This document shows, piece by piece, positions 1 through 11,982 of a stretch of DNA of 64,000 nt. Origin of the DNA: Leucoraja erinacea (lineage: Eukaryota). The DNA is taken from assembly GCF_028641065.1 (NCBI RefSeq), contig NC_073379.1, positions 16,988,001-17,052,000 on the forward strand, read 5' to 3'. The notes under the pieces were generated by a model, which was not told where the DNA came from, ran no database searches, and worked only from the letters and a program-made list of their open reading frames with translations. The position numbers and the translations under genes were made by a program. Every line of letters begins with the position of its first letter. The first letter of the stretch is position 1.

Positions 1-14
1 GGGGGTGAGGGGGC

Positions 15-684
15 ACCGCAGGAACACCCAGTCGTACATGAAGGAGTAGAGCACATTCTGAGACCTCTCGACGAAGGACATCTTGTCGGACAACTCTGAC
101 AGAATGACTGGGACATAGGAGGGCGGGGTTGGCATCTGTCCACAGTGTCTCTCCAACGTAAAGCCCGGGGAGAACCGCAGGGTGAAGACGAGGGGAACCC
201 CAAGCTTCAAAGCCAGGAGATCCCCGCACACCTGCACTGGGTCAGAGAGCAGGACCTTGAACTTGGCCTCCCGTAGTCTCTGCACCAGCTCCTCGTTCTT
301 CAGTATCCCGTCGCACACCTGCATGCCCAGCTCCCTCCCCTTGGCCATCAGCGCCGAAAACACCCTGTACCTGCCCCAAAAGGACAAGTCCGGTGCCTGG
401 TAAAGGGAGACGTCCAGCCAGTTGTTCAAAAAGGCTTCCGTGGTCTCGTGTGTAAACGGCACTTGGAACACTTCCAACTTCATGGCCGAGGACTCGGAGT
501 TGTTTACAAACCACTGTGACATCGTGGCCACTGTGACATCGTGGCCCCTCGCCATCAAGCCGGCAATTATGTACTTCAAGTTAATCCAGTGGCTTCCTTC
601 TGTCAACGGCCAGATCAACACGTTCTCCCCAGCGACCCCGGGCAGGGTGAGATACATCACCAACAGCAGATGCCTGGCATGCAT
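15..684 (-). pseudogene. UGT2A-like exon 1, copy 1 (type B); 3' end of the exon disrupted or not visible
   Basis: Near-identical to copies 3 and 4 from the ATG at 684 (aacaccATG) down to position 15. Identity breaks 39 nt before the expected donor and bases 1-14 are unrelated G-rich sequence. Carries a 3-nt insertion near 604-607 (WPLTEGSHW vs WPTEGSHW). Confidence 0.7.
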
Positions 685-2010
685 GGTGTTCGCCAGCAAT
701 CCAACCTCAGTGCCCGATCAGCCGCCCTGCACTCTGATCAGAATAAAAACCTCCCCTTTGAAACTTCCTGGTGGACACAGTTTCCACTCCGGCATGAACA
801 GGAACAAGGAAATAGAAATCCTGGACTGGATTGAGAATGCTGATCTAACTTCAGTGCAGAGGAACAGCAGGGAAACTGGCCCCACTCACTGCCCACAAAG
901 TCTACGCCCGTCCGCACCAGTCACTTCAGTTGAGTTTATTGTCACATGTACCGAGGTACAGTGAAAAACTTTTGTTGAGCGTTAACCAGCCAGCAGAAAA
1001 ACAATGCACCAGCCGTAGTTCTATGCTTAAGAAGGAACTGCAAATGCTGAAGAAGGGTCACGACCCGAAACGCCACCCATTCTTTCTCTCCAGAAATGCT
1101 GCCTGTCCCGCTGAGTTACTCCAGCTTCTAAAACAAATCTATTTTCGGTTTGAACCAGCATCTGCAATTCCTTTCCCACACATTATTCCAGCTTGAGTTC
1201 TAATTGAGTGCCTTACCAATGTTCAGATTCGTGCCAGAGAAGCAGAGAAGTGGTGGCGCAGTGGCGCAACAGTAGAGCACCAAAGACCTTGGTTCCATCC
1301 TGGCTATGGGTGTTTGTGGAGTTTGTACGTTCTCCCCGTGACAGTCTGAGTAATAGAGTGAAAGAGTGTGGAAACAGGCCCATAGGCACAACTTGCCCAC
1401 ACCGCCCAACATGTCCAAGCTACACTAGTCCCACCTGTCTGCATTTGGTCCATATCCCTCCAAACCAACCACGCATTCCTATTAAATCTTTTCCCCTTCA
1501 CCTTAAACCAATGTCCTCTGGTCCTTGATTCACCTAGGCTGGGCAAGAGATTCTGATAGGATACAGCGTTAGTCTTCTTAGATGGCACCTTCCAAAGTCA
1601 TGACTTCCACCTGCTGCAAGGACAATGACAGCAAGAACATGGGAACACCACCAACCAAGCCTCACAACATCCCGACTTGGAAATACATCACAGTTCTTTC
1701 ATTGTTGCTGGGTCAAAAACCTACAACTCTCTTTCTGAAACAATCATGAGTGTGCCCGCAGTAGCAGTTCAAGAAGGCAGCTCACCACCACCCTCTCAAT
1801 GGCAATTATGGATGGACCATTAAATGCTGGCTCAGTTTACGAACCGTACGTACCTTCAATTAATACATTGACAAAATGGTGAAGAGTATACTTTAAAATA
1901 ACATAGCTGACATTGTTACATCAGTAGGTATAACGCTTAATTTCTACATGTTAATTGGTAATTTTGTAATCGATTCACTTAACAAAAGGAAAAGAGACAG
2001 ACAACCTCAC

Positions 2011-2716
2011 CTAAAGCTTCACTATAATAGGAGTTCCATTCATCCCACATCTGTTTGCACATCCAGTCGTACATGAAGGTGTAAAGAACGTTCTGAACTC
2101 TCGCAATGAAAGACATCTCATTAGAAAACTCGGAGAGGGTCGCCGGTACATAGGAGGGAGGGGCTGGGATCTGTCCGCAGAGTCTCTCTATTGCAAATGC
2201 TGGGGAGAATCTCAGAGAGAAGATGAAGGGAATTCCCAGCTTCAGAGCCAGGAGATCCCCACAGTTATGCACGGGGTCAGAGAGCAGAACTTTAAACTTC
2301 GAATCTCATAGTTTTTGCACAAGCCTTTCATTCTTTATCACCCCGTCACAGATGCCTTTAGTAAGTTTGATTCCAGGTTCCATGGCCGCTGAGAATCTTC
2401 TGTATGCTTGCCAGTGGGTTAATTGTGATTTCTCGTAGATAAAGAATTCCATGACTGTATTCATGTAAGCCTGAAATTTGTCACTTGTAAACGGCACTTG
2501 AAACACTTCAAATTTCACTGGTGAGGGTTCAGAATAGTTGATGTAAACTGCAGCGGAATTCACAGCCACAGTAACACTGTGACCTCTTGCGATCAGCTCA
2601 TTGATGATGGGTTTCAAGTTAATCCAGTGACTTCCTTCTGCAGGCCAGATCAATATGTTCTCACTAGTTGCCCACTGGAGAAGCAGAAATCCCAGAAACA
2701 GAAGCCTGATCTTCAT
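2011..2716 (-). pseudogene. UGT2A-like exon 1, copy 2 (type A) with premature stop
   Basis: MKIRLLF signal peptide, WPAEGSHW, DPVHNCG and PPSYVP motifs; 706 nt ending TTA G|gtgagg. In-frame TGA at 2306-2308 where paralogues have CGA (Arg). Confidence 0.85.
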
Positions 2717-3646
2717 GATGTCCGTCAGGAACAGTTCTGAGCCCAGGATTCACTAACCTATTAACTAGCTGACAGGACATTGAGCCTTTTGAGGCACAAG
2801 GTGAACTTCCACAAGCAAATAAAGCGTCAGCAAATTCAAAATACCACACTGCACTCAAATGTCCAAGAATGTATCCAGTGATTTTCGATTCAGTTGTTTG
2901 AGCTGATCCCATCTGCATGCGTTTAACCCATATTCCTTTGAAAAGTTAGATTAGTCCAAAAACATTTCCTAAGGTAGAAATGTCAAAGACTAGAGGGCAT
3001 AGCTTTAAGGTGGAAGGGTGAGAGTTAAAAGGACACGTGCGGGGCAAGTTTTGTTTCCACAGAGTGGTGGGTGAGTGGAACATGCTGCCAGGGGTGATGC
3101 TGGAGGCAGATATGATAGTGGTATTGAAGGGGCTTTTCAATAGCCACATGGAAATGCAATGAATGGAGGGGAATAGATCAATAGGTTTTTTTTTGTCTAT
3201 TTCCCTGTGACCTGCGTGGGTTTTCTTTGAGTGCTCCGGTTTCCTCCCACATTGCAAAGACGTGTAGGTTTGTCGGCTGTAGAACTGCAGGAGTAGCCCA
3301 GCAGATCAGGTCTCTGGAAGACATGGATAGGTGACGCTTCGGATCGAGACCCTTCTTCGGACCTACCCATGTTCTCCTGAGATGCTGCCTGACCTGCTGA
3401 GTTTCTCCAGCACTTTACGTCCTTCAGGCTTGAAGATTAATTGGCGTCTACAAGTTGCCTCGAACGTGCAAGGGGTGGAGTGGGTGAGAAAGTGCGGGGA
3501 CGGAGAACTAGTGCGAACTGTTGATCGCTGGACGGCGTAGACTCGGTGGGGCGAAGGGCCTGTTTCCACGCTGTATCTCTAAACTAAATTAAAAATGAAA
3601 ACCAAACGTGTGCTGCCCGCACAGCGGAATGAGCCAAACCACCTAC

Positions 3647-4352
3647 CTGAAGCCTCGCTGTAATAAGCATCCCAATCTCCCCAGGACCGCAGGAACACCC
3701 AGTCGTACATGAAGGAGTAGAGCACATTCTGAGACCTCTCGACGAAGGACATCTTGTCGGACAACTCTGACAGAATGACTGGGACATAGGAGGGCGGGGT
3801 TGGCATCTGTCCACAGTGTCTCTCCAACGTAAAGCCCGGGGAGAACCGCAGGGTGAAGACGAGGGGAACCCCAAGCTTCAAAGCCAGGAGATCCCCGCAC
3901 ACCTGCACTGGGTCAGAGAGCAGGACCTTGAACTTGGCCTCCCGTAGTCTCTGCACCAGCTCCTCGTTCTTCAGTATCCCGTCGCACACCTGCATGCCCA
4001 GCTCCCTCCCCTTGGCCATCAGCGCCGAAAACACCCTGTACCTGCCCCAAAAGGACAAGTCCGGTGCCTGGTAAAGGGAGACGTCCAGCCAGTTGTTCAA
4101 AAAGGCTTCCGTGGTCTCGTGTGTAAACGGCACTTGGAACACTTCCAACTTCATGGCCGAGGACTCGGAGTTGTTTACAAACCACTGTGACATCGTGGCC
4201 ACTGTGACATCGTGGCCCCTCGCCATCAACCCGGCAATTATGTACTTCAAGTTAATCCAGTGGCTTCCTTCTGTCGGCCAGATCAACACGTTCTCCCCAG
4301 CGACCCCGGGCAGGGTGAGATACATCACCAACAGCAGATGCCTGGCATGCAT
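3647..4352 (-). CDS. UGT2A-like UDP-glucuronosyltransferase exon 1, copy 3 (type B), intact
   Basis: Open 706-nt exon MHARHLLL...NVLIWPTEGSHW...SDPVQVCGDLLALKLG...PPSYVP...WDAYYSEAS, ending TCA G|gtaggt. Closely resembles vertebrate UGT2A exon 1 in motifs, length and phase-1 donor. Confidence 0.9.
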
Positions 4353-6429
4353 GGTGTTCGCCAGCAATCCAACCTCAGTGCCCGATCAGCCGCCCTGCAC
4401 TCTGATCAGAATAAAAACCTCCCCTTTGAAACTTCCTGGTGGACACAGTTTCCACTCCGGCATGAACAGGAACAAGGAAATAGAAATCCTGGACTGGATT
4501 GAGAATGCTGATCTAACTTCAGTGCAGAGGAACAGCAGGGAAACTGGCCCCACTCACTGCCCACAAAGTCTACGCCCGTCCGCACCAGTCACTTCAGTTG
4601 AGTTTATTGTCACATGTACCGAGGTACAGTGAAAAACTTTTGTTGAGCGTTAACCAGCCAGCGGAAACACAATGCACCAGCCATAGTTCTATGTTTAAGA
4701 AGGAACTGCAAATGCTGAAGAAGGGTCTCGACCCGAAACGCCACCCATTCTTTCTCTCCAGAAATGCTGCCTGTCCCGCTGAGTTACTCCAGCTTCTAAA
4801 ACAAATCTATTTTCGGTTTGAACCAGCATCTGCAATTCCTTTCCCACACATTATTCCAGCTTGAGTTCTAATTGAGTGCCTTACCAATGTTCAGATTCGT
4901 GCCAGAGAAGCAGAGAAGTGGTGGCGCAGTGGCGCAACAGTAGAGCACCAAAGACCTTGGTTCCATCCTGGCTATGGGTGTTTGTGGAGTTTGTACGTTC
5001 TCCCCGTGACAGTCTGAGTAATAGAGTGAAAGAGTGTGGAAACAGGCCCATAGGCACAACTTGCCCACACCGCCCAACATGTCCAAGCTACACTAGTCCC
5101 ACCTGTCTGCATTTGGTCCATATCCCTCCAAACCAACCACGCATTCCTATTAAATCTTTTCCCCTTCACCTTAAACCAATGTCCTCTGGTCCTTGATTCA
5201 CCTAGGCTGGGCAAGAGATTCTGTGCATCTGTGGATGCTCCCATTTCCTCCACATTCCAAAGATGTGCGGGTTTACAGGTTAATTAGTCTTTACTAAATT
5301 GCCCCCAATGGGTAAGATGCGAAACTGGAATAAAATAGAACTAGTGTATGGGTGATCGCTGGTCGGCGGGGACTCAGTGGGCCGAAGGGCCTGATTCCAC
5401 ACTGTATCTCTAAATTAAACTACAGAATGGCCTCAAGCCACAATGATTCTTTTCTCTTTATGGCCTTAGATGAATTAGTTAATAATAATGGTTCAAATTT
5501 GCGTGTGCCAACACCAACAACGGAGAGGTCATCACAGCCCCACAATGAAACCACCGGGTTTTGACCTCCATCGCAAGCAATGGCTAACCCTGAACAGAAT
5601 CCACACCCTCCATGCAAGAACAGCCATCGCCTGCCTGAGTGGGGGATGACAGACAGCCCCGCTTGCGACTGGGGACATCCAAACATCATCCCACACATCG
5701 TGAATGACTGCCCACTGATGCTTTTCCCTGGTGGCATCAAACCATCCACCCAGTAACTGATGGTGTCCTGGCCTGGAAGTCTACCCTTGACCTACAACTT
5801 TGGGCTGTGCACGCCGTACATAAGAATATGCAAGAAAATGCTTCTAATATTACTCTTCTGAATATGTATCAACCCAGATAGCACTCATGACTCCTGAAGT
5901 TTCTTTTGCCTAATAATGTATTAGAAGTGAAGTCGGAGTTTCATGAAGCAGGTTGCGCCATTCTGTATGTGAGATGCAACATGGGCGAGAGAGTTGATTT
6001 CACCAAGAGGATACAAACTTTAGGCTCATCCACGCATGAGACCAGCATACCATCACCCTTTGCAAGAGGTTCTAACTCGGTCTGTCCAGAAACACAGGAC
6101 CCAAACCCGGTTGGGTAAGTAGATAGCTTTTGTCAGTCAGTTCAAGTGAGGTAAAGAACTGTCAGAAATGTCAGAGTCAAGGAATCAGCTGAAGCCATTT
6201 GGGCAGTTGAGGTAAACTGTGCAACTGACCAAACAAGACTGTCAACATGTAGAAACAAAGAACTGTAGACACTGGTTCACACAAATGGATGACACTTGCA
6301 ATGTTCAGAGTCTGATCCAACTCCAGCATTACTTTGTTGACTGGAGCGTACAAATTTGTTGCAGGACTAAGGTCCTGTAGCTAACTATCCATGCGTAGCA
6401 CCTCTCCTAGACAATCAAAACCAATGGTG

Positions 6430-6715
6430 AGGCACTGGATCATTTCCCATTCCTCGGAAGACCCCCCCCTCCAGTTAGAAGAGATGTCAGTGAAGAAATT
6501 CATCAACACTTTCGATGCACCATTGCTACTTCCAACCAGATGTGAAAAATGCTTTTCCTTGGCCAAGAACTCATTCCTGCACCGTGCCATGGACTGATGT
6601 GTCTGCGGTGTTCCCTGTCTGCATACTCCAGACTGAAAGACAGCTTGCAGCAGGCACCTCACAACACTGGAGACATGCAACCAGCAATTTCCCTGCAAAA
6701 CCTGCCAAGCCCCTA
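6430..6715 (+). mobile_element. Highly degenerate RTE-clade LINE fragment
   Basis: Broken-frame motifs LDHFPFLG, DVSEEIHQHFRC and SRHLTTLETCNQ resemble the post-RT region of RTE LINEs. Confidence 0.5.
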
Positions 6716-7348
6716 TCAGTATATCGTAAGGTCATAAGTGATAGGAGCAGAATTAGGCCATTTGGCCCATCGTCTACTCCGCCATTCAATCATGGCGGGT
6801 CGATCTCTCCCTCCTAACCCCATTCTCCTGCCAAGGTAGGAAAAGGGCAAGTACCATGAGATCTGGGGGTCCTTGTTCATCAGTCACTGAAAGTAAGCAT
6901 GTGGGGTACAGCAAGCAGTGAAGAAAGCGAATGGCATGTTGGCCTTTATAACAAGAGGATTTGAGAATGGGAGCAAAGAGGTCCTTCTTCATTGTACAGG
7001 TCCCTAGTGAGACCACAACTGGAATATTGTGTGCAGTTTTGGTATCCAAATTTGAGGAAGGACATTCTTGCTATTGAGGGAGTGCAGCGTGGGTTCACAA
7101 GGTTTCTCCAGCACTTTACGTCCTTCAGGCTTGAAGATTAATTGGCGTCTACAAGTTGCCTCGAACGTGCAAGGGGTGGAGTGGGTGAGAAAGTGCGGGG
7201 ACGGAGAACTAGTGCGAACTGTTGATCGCTGGACGGCGTAGACTCGGTGGGGCGAAGGGCCTGTTTCCACGCTGTATCTCTAAACTAAATTAAAAATGAA
7301 AACCAAAACGTGTGCTGCCCGCACAGCGGAATGAGCCAAACCACCTAC

Positions 7349-8054
7349 CTGAAGCCTCGCTGTAATAAGCATCCCAATCTCCCCAGGACCGCAGGAACAC
7401 CCAGTCGTACATGAAGGAGTAGAGCACATTCTGAGACCTCTCGACGAAGGACATCTTGTCGGACAACTCTGACAGAATGACTGGGACATAGGAGGGCGGG
7501 GTTGGCATCTGTCCACAGTGTCTCTCCAACGTAAAGCCCGGGGAGAACCGCAGGGTGAAGACGAGGGGAACCCCAAGCTTCAAAGCCAGGAGATCCCCGC
7601 ACACCTGCACTGGGTCAGAGAGCAGGACCTTGAACTTGGCCTCCCGTAGTCTCTGCACCAGCTCCTCGTTCTTCAGTATCCCGTCGCACACCTGCATGCC
7701 CAGCTCCCTCCCCTTGGCCATCAGCGCCGAAAACACCCTGTACCTGCCCCAAAAGGACAAGTCCGGTGCCTGGTAAAGGGAGACGTCCAGCCAGTTGTTC
7801 AAAAAGGCTTCCGTGGTCTCGTGTGTAAACGGCACTTGGAACACTTCCAACTTCATGGCCGAGGACTCGGAGTTGTTTACAAACCACTGTGACATCGTGG
7901 CCACTGTGACATCGTGGCCCCTCGCCATCAACCCGGCAATTATGTACTTCAAGTTAATCCAGTGGCTTCCTTCTGTCGGCCAGATCAACACGTTCTCCCC
8001 AGCGACCCCGGGCAGGGTGAGATACATCACCAACAGCAGATGCCTGGCATGCAT
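7349..8054 (-). CDS. UGT2A-like exon 1, copy 4 (type B), intact, same protein as copy 3
   Basis: 706 nt, ATG at 8054, donor G|gtaggt at 7348; translation matches copy 3. Confidence 0.88.
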
Positions 8055-9242
8055 GGTGTTCGCCAGCAATCCAACCTCAGTGCCCGATCAGCCGCCCTGC
8101 ACTCTGATCAGAATAAAAACCTCCCCTTTGAAACTTCCTGGTGGACACAGTTTCCACTCCGGCATGAACAGGAACAAGGAAATAGAAATCCTGGACTGGA
8201 TTGAGAATGCTGATCTAACTTCAGTGCAGAGGAACAGCAGGGAAAACTGGCCCCACTCACTGCCCACAAAGTCTACGCCCGTCCGCACCAGTCACTTCAG
8301 TTGAGTTTATTGTCACATGTACCGAGGTACAGTGAAAAACTTATGTTGAGCGTTAACCAGCCAGCGGAAACACAATGCACCAGCCATAGTTCTATGTTTA
8401 AGAAGGAACTGCAAATGCTGAAGAAGGGTCTCGACCCGAAACATCACCCATTCCTTCTAACCAGAGATGCTGCCTGTCCCGCTGAGTTACTCCAGCTTCT
8501 AAAACAAATCTATTTTCGGTTTGAACCAGCATCTGCAATTCCTTTCCCACACATTATTCCAGCTTGAGTTCTAATTGAGTGCCTTACCAATGTTCAGATT
8601 CGTGCCAGAGAAGCAGAGAAGTGGTGGCGCAGTGGCGCAACAGTAGAGCACCAAAGACCTTGGTTCCATCCTGGCTATGGGTGTTTTGTGGAGTTTGTAC
8701 GTTCTCCCCGTGACAGTCTGAGTAATAGAGTGAAAGAGTGTGGAAACAGGCCCATAGGCACAACTTGCCCACACCGCCCAACATGTCCAAGCTACACTAG
8801 TCCCACCTGTCTGCATTTGGTCCATATCCCTCCAAACCAACCACGCATTCCTATTAAATCTTTTCCCCTTCACCTTAAACCAATGTCCTCTGGTCCTTGA
8901 TTCACGATAGTGGTATTGAAGGGGCTTTTCAATAGCCACATGGAAATGCAATGAATGGAGGGGAATAGATCATTGAAGCAGATTACACATGTTTTGTAAT
9001 CCGCACTTTGAAATTCGGTGAAAAAAAATCAATTAAAACATCTGCTTTATGCGAGATAGTGGGGGTGTCATTATTAAGCGCATTTTAAATGTCACTATTA
9101 ACATCATATTAACACTATGTGTCACCAATTGTGTTTGAGCTTCAAGTATTACTGAAGGTATTCACGGAGAATTTCTTAAAGCTGTCTGATGTGGGTTCAA
9201 TTACCATTTGAACTAATTGTATGTATTGGTGGATGGGAAAGA

Positions 9243-11070
9243 TTTTTTATTTATTTAAAAAATTTATTAGAAGCAGTGTACAAAAATATAACCAGTGGCA
9301 TATGACATAATACAGTTATTGTACAGCTTCAATTTTTATTTTTAGCTATAGTTAAGAGAATAGAAAAAGCAAGAGAGAGAAGAAGTGGATGTGCAAGGAT
9401 AGAACCCCTGGACTACCAAATTGGTGAAGCCAAAGAGTGAGTAAGTAAAATAAATAAGGAAGACATAGAGAAATAAAAAGACAAAAACAGCAAGAAAAAC
9501 AAAAGGTGATGATATACCTGCCTCGCATCACTCCCCACCCATCACCCAACCTGTAATTAGATTTAACTCCAAAATTGTGTTGCACCATACTATCCTTGCA
9601 ATAAATCAATGAATGGTGTCCATGTCTTCGAAAAATGCTCTGGTTTTACTGCTAAGACAAGTCTAATATTTTCAATTTTCTATAATAGATGGCTTGAACA
9701 AAGGGTTATTGGCTATTGGTGAAAGAAGAAATACATTTCTTAGTTTTAAAGTTGATTTGACTTGTCTCCAGGTTTGTAGAGTGCTGTGATAATCAGATTT
9801 TTATCATATAGTGTGTTCTTCAAATTTGTTGGAGAGAGAAGAATCGTACCTATATTAAAAGGCGAGCAATCCTCTCTCTCCATTATTAACCAGTCTACCT
9901 GTTGGCATAAATTGTCCAGCCAGTAAATTACATTTTTAATATTTGTTGCCCAGTAATAGTATAAGAAGTTGGGGAGAGCCAATCCACCCGTTTCTTTGGG
10001 TTTACATAGATGCCGTTTATGGATTCTATGTGTTTTATAATCCCAAATAAAGTTTGCAATCAGAGAATTAAGATTTTGGAGAAAAAATGTTAGGAAGATA
10101 TATCGGTATTGATGGATATTGATATTTACAACAATCCGGTTTATTTAGTATTTGAGGGTTAAATCTCCAGAATGATTTTTTATTAAACATTCCTTCTAGT
10201 TTTAAGGAGAAGGTTAGCGGGGAATGATCGGATATAGTACTATTATGGTATTTGGGATTAATTGTGAAAGGTATTAATTTAGTGTCCACTAGAAAATAGT
10301 CAATACGTGTATAGGTTTTATGTACTGATGAGTAAAAGGAATATTCTCTTTCGGATGGGTTTACAATCCTCAATACGTCTGTTATATTTGTATTTCTTAT
10401 ATACATATTTAAGAGTTCACTGGATTTTGATTTTGTATTATATCTCTTTTGTTGAGCGGATTTATCCAGGTATTGATCCAGAACGCAATTGAAATCTCCC
10501 CCAATTATCACGTTTTGCTGGGTGGAGTCGGAAATTATATTCAAGATTTTATTAAAAAATTGTGGGCTGTCAAAGTTAGGAGCATAAATATTTACAATAG
10601 TAAGTGGGGTAGAGTATATCTCCCCAGAAACTATGACATACCTCTCATCTTTGTCTGCAATGGTGTTTTTATGTTTAAATGGTATGCCCTTATGGATTAT
10701 AATTGCAGTGCCTATGGATTTGGAGAGATAGGAGGAGTGATATATTTGACCAATCCAATGAGCCTTCAGCCTGGTCTGAGCTTGATCTTTAAGATGCATT
10801 TCCTGTAAAAATATGATGTCAGCATTAATTGATTTTAATTGGGCATGAACCTTACACCTTTTAAGTGGCTCATTAGCGCCCCTAATATTCCAGCTACAAA
10901 AAGTAATTCCTCCAGTTTTCTTCAGAGGGTCGTCTTGCATTATAGCCTAGATAGGTTCCCTTGTTTCAGGTGGTGCAACACAATAACTCAACTTTCTGGG
11001 TGTTGGGTGGGTGATCCCAATTTCAGAATTCTGATGGTATATCCCAAAGAAAGGTGCAAAATAACATAAA
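9243..11070 (-). mobile_element. L1-clade LINE derivative: endonuclease intact, RT and much of the C-terminus deleted
   Basis: ORF 10068-10940 has APE motifs (SWNIRG, FLQE, NIYAPN, GGDFN, RIDY, SDH). It joins directly to post-RT motifs (SIPIYLP, FIW, GGLALPNFLYYYWA), then PIANNPLFKPS, then the terminal KIENIR...KTWTPF, a 3' UTR and an A-rich tail near 9243-9265. Confidence 0.85.
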
Positions 11071-11809
11071 TGATACAAAAAAGCAGTATTTAAGTATACT
11101 GTGTACAACCACCCACTGGTGGGAACATTTGTGTGATCTTCCTTAGGTGTAAATCTCATTCAGTTCCGCCCCTTACACACTAATATTATAGAAAAGAAAA
11201 AACAGGCCAGAACCAGATATTATATGCACAGGAAAAAAAAAACGGAACCTGTACTGTAAGTAGTTCATCTAATAGGTTGGACTAAGAAGGTATTTAAATG
11301 CTGTATTTAAATTAAAAGAAAAGTTTTTTTGCTTATTAATAATCCTGTATTAAACAGTGTCAAAGACTGTGAGATTGTGTGTAATTATCTCTAATAGGAT
11401 AACATTTCTTAACTAGGTCTAAGTGGGTATTTACTATTTAAATACCCAATTTTAATTAACAAAATATCATACTTATTGGTATTCGTATCTTAAACTCATA
11501 CTCGAATGAAAACTGTCTGGCTTGAAGTGGTTAATCTAAAATGATCGCGAATGTGCTCGCACCTCAAGGGCAGCAGAAGTTGAAGAAGGAATCTCGCCGC
11601 CACCTTCTCAAGGGCAATGAAGGATGGGCCATTAAATGCTAGCTCAGTTTACGAACCGTATGTACCAATAATAAATACGTTGTCAAAATGGTGAAGGGTC
11701 TACCTTAAAATAACGTAGGTGGCACTTTGAATAAAATGCTTAATTTCTAATTTAATTGGCAATTTTGTTCGAGTCACTTAACACAAGGAAAAGACACATT
11801 CAACCTCAC

Positions 11810-11834
11810 CTAGAGCTTCACTGTAAAAGGAGTT
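11810..11834 (-). pseudogene. Remnant 3' tip of a type A UGT exon 1 with retained donor
   Basis: Minus strand AACTCCTTTTACAGTGAAGCTCTAG|gtgagg (NSFYSEAL), followed by the intron flank shared with copies 2 and 7. Confidence 0.7.
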
Positions 11835-11982
11835 TGGAACAATAGCTTGGAAAGAATTGGATTTTGAAAGTGTCAGACGAGTACACCTTCAAATAACGTA
11901 GCTGCCACTTACTTCAGTGGTTAAAAGGCTTTAAATTCTAGGTTTTCATTAACAATTTTGCGTTAAAGTCATTCAACTTCAC

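Larger units (their letters stand above)
3401..8905. repeat. Near-identical segmental duplication: 3401-5200 vs 7102-8905, and 15-1555 vs 3686-5223
   Basis: Direct comparison shows shared exon, flanks and repeat fragments with only scattered substitutions and single-base homopolymer differences. Confidence 0.9.

Noticed and set aside
422-964. 180-aa plus-strand ORF repeated three times (also 4093-4632 and 7795-8304)
   Set aside because: Antisense shadow of the UGT exon and its flank; it recurs only because the segment is duplicated.
3579-4367. ORF-track UGT proteins read as complete single-exon genes
   Set aside because: They start at a non-ATG codon and run past the splice donor into intron; the sugar-donor domain and TM anchor are absent.
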